Source: Antedon mediterranea (Eukaryota; Animalia; Echinodermata). From it: a stretch of DNA of 64,000 nucleotides. The DNA is taken from assembly GCF_964355755.1 (NCBI RefSeq), contig NC_092680.1:17617045-17681044 (forward strand). Reading direction: 5' to 3'. Of this stretch, positions 58,208-64,000 are shown one piece after another. Under the pieces are notes generated by a model that was given only the letters and a program-made list of their open reading frames with translations, was not told where the DNA came from and did no database searches. The translations under genes were made by a program, and so were the position numbers. Numbering within the stretch: the stretch's first letter is position 1; each line of letters begins with the position of its first letter.

Positions 58208-60414
58208 CTTAAACTATTCGCCTAACTATAATCTTTAACAGTATTTTAATTTAATTTATTTTAAATGAACAATGAAATGAGAAAAACACTTGCAATGTAT
58301 GCGAGTAGTCCCTATTTCATAACACGTACACAAAATACATCATGGCTGCCAATGACGTCATTTAATTTGTGCTCCTATAGAGGGGGTACTACTGTATTTC
58401 TGTGTCGATGCGCTGCAGCGCGGTGTTATAATTATTCTCATAATCTTATACATAAAGAATGAAAATGAAATCAAATTTTAATGAAGAGGATTGACCTACT
58501 CGGGTCAACCGTGGCAAAAACATTTTACAATACACTAAGACATAAATTACTCATTTATTTATAAATGTAAACTAGTTAAATGTAAGCCAACTATCAAAAT
58601 GGTTATGAACAAGTTAAAAAGGTTTTATGAAACAGAAAAATTTATTTATCATCAGAATTTTGAGGACAGTATTTTTAATAGAAAATGGATAAAATTAGAA
58701 GAATTTATAAATCAAATATAAAATGGTTTAGAGAGTAGAATAATTTTTATGAACCTTTATTTAATTTGTTAGATGGATATCTTTGTTGTTTTTGTTTGTT
58801 GCTTTTTATTTTAATTTTTTATTTGATTATGTTTTTCCTTTGTAATGTATTATATGATGAAATAAAAAAATAAAAAAAAAAAAATAAATAAATTACTCTA
58901 GGATTAAAGTGAGTTCGAATTACCGAGTTCAATTGGTCCATCACTGGATTGAATTAATGAATTAAAAATTCCTAATAATAGGCTAATTTGAATATTTGGA
59001 GGCGCTCTACCAAATGTTTTACCAACAAATAGGCCTATTGTAAATAACGTTAGGCCTATAAAATGGTGTAACTTTAAAATATATATTTTAATTCAACCAA
59101 CCGGTTGATATATATACTGAAGAGTAATTGGAGGAATCGATAATGATGATGTGAGAATTTAGGAACAATAAACGCCCAATCGAGATTCGACTCGAATCGG
59201 AATTCCTTGTTAAAATAAATACACATATATTTATCAATAGGCCTATATACGATGAGTTAAGCGACTACGTGAAATAAAAGTTCCAGATTGGCATGAATTG
59301 TATTGACATTTTTTATTACCTTGGTGAAATAGAAGATCATCAAGATTGTTAACAATCTTGTAAGAATAGAAAGTATTGCACACTAGTCTAAAGTTCAAAC
59401 TGTTTTCCCTTACTATCCCACAAACTCTCATTTTGTCTAGATTAATGAAAACCTCTAAACTGATCGATTATACAAATGTTTCCGCATTGGATCTCAAATG
59501 CAAACAGTGACCAAAACGAAAGGCTTTTAAGACTCAACTAATATTGTATAGGCCTAATGTCACGAATGCTAAAGTGTTTTTAATTCACGACGGGGATAAT
59601 ATTTTGCGTAATTAAAAAATGATCAAGTATTTATCATACAGTTATAAATTAATATTACCTAACAATTTGAAGTCTAATCTTTAATAAAAAAAAACTGCGA
59701 TAAACCAAAATATTAACATAATTCACGGATCACTAGCTTCTATAGGCCTAGTAGGTATTTGCTAAACATTTTATTATATTCAGGTGTCTTTGTTCGTTCC
59801 AGGGGGCGCTATGATGTAAATGCAGTAATAGATTTCATTTCATTTCATTTCATTTCATTTATTTTGTCTCATAAAAATACAATATAAAAAAACATGGAAA
59901 TGAACAAGAAAACATCACACAAAACCAGGCAGAGACAGGATTCCTAAAAAGCGAACTTAATCACTATCTAGTAGGTCTCCTATTGCACTGATTGTATAAA
60001 AAACATTTAGAATAAAATTTGTATTAAACATTAAAATTGCATATAATACTATATCAAAATGAATTAAAATATATTACAATATCATAGATGCAGTATTACA
60101 AAAACATTGACGAAATTCTGAAACAAGTTGGTACAGTATGCCTTAAATATCATATTCGTATAAAAATCTGACTAATTGCAAAAATAATATAGAACGTTTT
60201 TTTTTTAAATTTTTTTTTATAACTTTAAATGCGATATATATGAATCTGAGTAAATCTTCTTATCCGATATATAATCCGACATGGAGGATTTTTAATTTTA
60301 TTCTCTACGGAATGTATCCCGAGAACCCATCTTCAACAGGCATCCTTATACTTCCCTCTACCAGATTAAAACTCACGAAACGAATAAAAGGCAACACTTA
60401 AGCGTAAGTTGGAT

Positions 60415-63400
60415 TCATATGTCCATTGCATTAGGATTATTTGCATTTCTTCTTCGTCGTTTCAGATACATTATAATGATCAGCATCATTACTACACCCA
60501 TAGCCCCAACCACTCCTACCACAACGTAGAGAACAATAGCAGTATCAGTTTCATCAGGATTAAGCGGCGGAATATACTGAAGATTTGCAGCTACAATGTT
60601 AGATAACCCACCAGTATTGTTAGCATCATCGATTGCCTGGATACCGAAAAAATACGAAACTTCGTCCCCACGTGACGGCAAACGAACCGTTATCTCTTCA
60701 ATGTCACCAGGTTTCCCGATTACTGATAGATCTCCATTGGTTACGTCATCAAACGTCACTCTGTCCGCGTCAGAAAAGTTTCTGGATATACCTTGAAAGG
60801 TTTCGGCAAAGCGAATATCGTATTCAAAAACTAGATATAGGAAACACAATAGTCAAAAAAAAAAGTTAGGTGCCGTGCAAGATGGTGTAAATATGGTCAT
60901 AATATTTTGTAGATTCTAAGTCCGACTATATTTATTGTCGATTAGGCCTATGTTTTGGCGTGATGGTACTGCCTATGCTTTGTTCAAATAATTCATTATA
61001 GTTATTCTGTTTAACTGTGTAGACAAACATCACAATAATGATACACAATAGTCATAATGCATGTTATAAAGGTATAGTAAGTTGTAGACTAGTAGGAAGT
61101 ATAGGCTAATGATCTGAGGTTTGCATGGCGAAATCAAAGTTGATATAAGTTTGCGTTACACCAAGTATATAGTTCTGAAACGAACTGTCTCGTTTCTCTC
61201 TCTCAACAGTTTCAGAACTTTGCAGAACTATAATATACGTGATGTACCGCAAACTTTATATCAAGATCTGACATTACCTTTTCCTTTATCGAAATCATCC
61301 CCAACAGCGGTCCATTGTAAGGTGGCACTTTGTCTTTCATAAGACACACCAATAACGGCTAGATCGATAATCTGAGACGGTCCAAAAAAGTCAATATCAC
61401 TGTCAACATGATTAGTCACTTGAATAGCGCCTCCTGACGCTGAGCGTTCAAACATGTCAACTGGAATCATAACCGCCTCCTCTTCTAGGCCTATCAGTAT
61501 TAAAATAAAACATGTATAACAACAAGTACATTGGAAAGTATCTCTCTCTTTCATATAACATTTCTACATAATCTTGTGTTTATTTTAAAGATACATAAAG
61601 ATAATTTGAAAGAGGTCACTGCTACATAAACACAATTGACTTCGAGATACAAGATGTTTTTATTGTCACTTTTGGAAGAATAGAAAAGTAAAATTCAGTA
61701 TGCTGATGCTAAGTAATACACAAACAAAGCGCGAGGTTTTGCACATTGATCAAAGTTAGTATGTACTTCTTTTTTAAATATAATTGTCCCCCAGAAATGT
61801 TTTGGAATAGGCCATTTAAATGTCATATAATTGTTATTCACCTTGGCCAATAATTGAAAAAAAAAAACATAAATCATAATCTTAATTATTGTCTAACCAT
61901 TGTTTGGTTTTTTTTATTTTTTACTGTTATCATAAGCGAATTATTTTTGCTCATTTTTTTTTGCAAAAGTGATAAATCGTTTGACTTTATTGATCTTTAT
62001 TTTTCATGTTTTGAGGACGAATACATCTTTGAATGATCTGTATTAGTAAATTATGCTAACCTTGAATAGGATAAGATCTTGAATTCCCACCATTTGAAAT
62101 TGCTGCTGTGTTTTGATTTCCACGAACTTTAACTTCAACATTATATCGACCATCACCGGTAAAATTGAAGAAATATCCCGAATAAACACCATCATCTTTC
62201 GTTATGTCTGCGCTTGTACCACTGTCGTAGAGTTCTATGACGTCATCAGATCCATCCGACTTTTCCAAAATGGCAATAACGTCAGCATTCGCAACAGGAT
62301 CGTTGCCCTTAGTAGCGAACGCAAATACTACAATATAAGGATCTTGTTGATAATCGATAAATGGATCACTGACAAACGAATTAATCGTAACTGGTGGGTC
62401 ATCTTCAGATACTTGTTTAGATTGTACATTAACGCTAACAATTTGAGATTGAAACTGTGATGATGATGACAAGAGTGTTATGAAGAACTTCCAATTTCCA
62501 CTCTGAATAAAACAAGCACGGTACGTCATTATATATTTTTGAGTTACGTTTTTGCATAAAATAATCTGTATTTAAACATACTCAAGTTACTCAGTGATCT
62601 TTCGACCACATGTAGAACCAACAAGAGCAAACATTGTGAAAATTTACCAAACTCAATACTTACTACAGCTGTTGTTGTAAGACGGATTGTGATAATATTA
62701 TCATTGTTATTTAGATCATATTCTTCACTCGATTGGTCAAAAGTTATCCCATTTGGGCCATTCAAGGTTACCTCTATAGGAAAGTCTAACCAAGTGAAGG
62801 AAAATATTGTATCGACTCCGACACTTTTGTCAATAGTGACTTCACCTGTTGTGTTTGCAGAAGAGGAGGCAGATAGTGCTTCACTGAACAGCTGTAAATT
62901 AGAGAAAACAAATTGAAAAGATAATTTTTTTAAACGCATATATATTTTACACGTCAAAGTCTACAAATTATAATTGACTCAAGTATTTTAATTGATGGAG
63001 TCTAACTTAACCAGGCAATTTAGTTAACGTCAGACACTTTAGATTCAGAGTATAGGCCTACTATACTACTATAGGCTGTATCAGATAATCATGTTACCGA
63101 AATAGGCGGATCCTGATTTTCCAGATCAGATCTATCTGTGATCGTTGCAATCAGTACCTCGTTAAGAACCGTGATGCTGTCAGTATCTGCACGATAAAAG
63201 TATGTATTTCCTCCAGAAACGTCGGATAGAATTCTCAGAGAGGTATCAGCATTATCGGTGAATGCAATTGTATCGACAATAACACCTGCATTCACGACTT
63301 CATCAACCACATCATCAATATCTGGATTAAAATTGTTGTTTCCATCACTTACAACTAGCAGAAACCCACCAGCTGGGTCTTGGTCAAAAGACAACACCTA

Positions 63401-64000
63401 TTGAAGTTATTCGGAATATTCACAACATTATTTTATTTTTCTAATTGTAGGCTTACATTATGATATTAATAGCGGTAAAACTTTCTTTTAATTAATAATT
63501 CTCTAATGCCAATATTCACATTATGGATATTCTAGCGTTAGAGTTGGTGAAAATATTGAGGAGGATTGAGTAGTGTACAATGATGTGTAGGTCTATTTGC
63601 ATGGTGATTGAATATACTATATGGCGCTTAGTTAGTAAATAAATACTATTGTTCGGTGTGAACTGCAGAAAACAATATTGATGTCTTGAGTGTGTACTGA
63701 AGTCAATGTTAGTGGAAGTGGCCAAGGGTGTAAATATTGCGTTATTTTCTCAATATCTCATAATTCACGTTAGGTTTACGTAACGGTGGGTTACTTGCCT
63801 GTATTCCCTCAAGAACACCAGAGCCTATGCTTGTGGAGCCACCTGTCCTCGAGGGCAGTTTAAGAATAAGATCTTCTCTAGAACTTTGATCGTCTAAGAG
63901 TGCAAGATTAGCTTTTCGCACTGCAGTGTTTGAGAAAGTTACAATACCAACGTAACTCCCAGTAGGTACGATTGAACTTATATATTGGTCCATGCCTTGA
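60415..64000 (-). CDS. CLCA: Calcium-activated chloride channel regulator (CLCA) family protein, 3' part; gene continues beyond the window
   Basis: Exons 63799-beyond 64000, 63098-63397, 62664-62891, 62061-62502, 61278-61490, 60415-60830. vWA segment (VGIVTFS, GGSTSIGSG, VVSDG), LYDSGTSADITKDDGVYSGYF, FN3-like LQWTAVGDDFDKG, SNIV, then a C-terminal TM helix and KRRRR. Confidence 0.9.

Overview
AT-rich eukaryotic genomic DNA with spliceosomal introns. An invertebrate deuterostome, probably an echinoderm, is inferred from the Nav2-type channel, the SINE/MITE content and the TAGGCCTA enrichment. Five loci were reconstructed by hand from splice sites and reading frames: (1) a complete 25-exon minus-strand voltage-gated channel of the Nav2 (DEEA filter, MFL inactivation motif) type, 1263-32762, about 1880 aa, with an AT-AC U12 intron, two candidate in-frame microexons and a candidate pair of mutually exclusive exons; (2) a divergent plus-strand MOCS2 locus with non-overlapping MOCS2A and MOCS2B ORFs on one apparent transcript; (3) an unannotated 3-coding-exon secreted pre-pro-protein (235 aa) with a furin-type site and a Spaetzle-like cysteine-rich C-terminal domain; (4) GOLPH3; (5) the 3' part of a CLCA-family gene with a GC-AG intron. 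Introns and intergenic DNA carry tRNA-derived SINEs, a LINE fragment, several MITE families, nested TIR elements with target-site duplications, a Helentron/DINE-like element and several satellites. All coordinates and counts were derived manually; no database searches were run.
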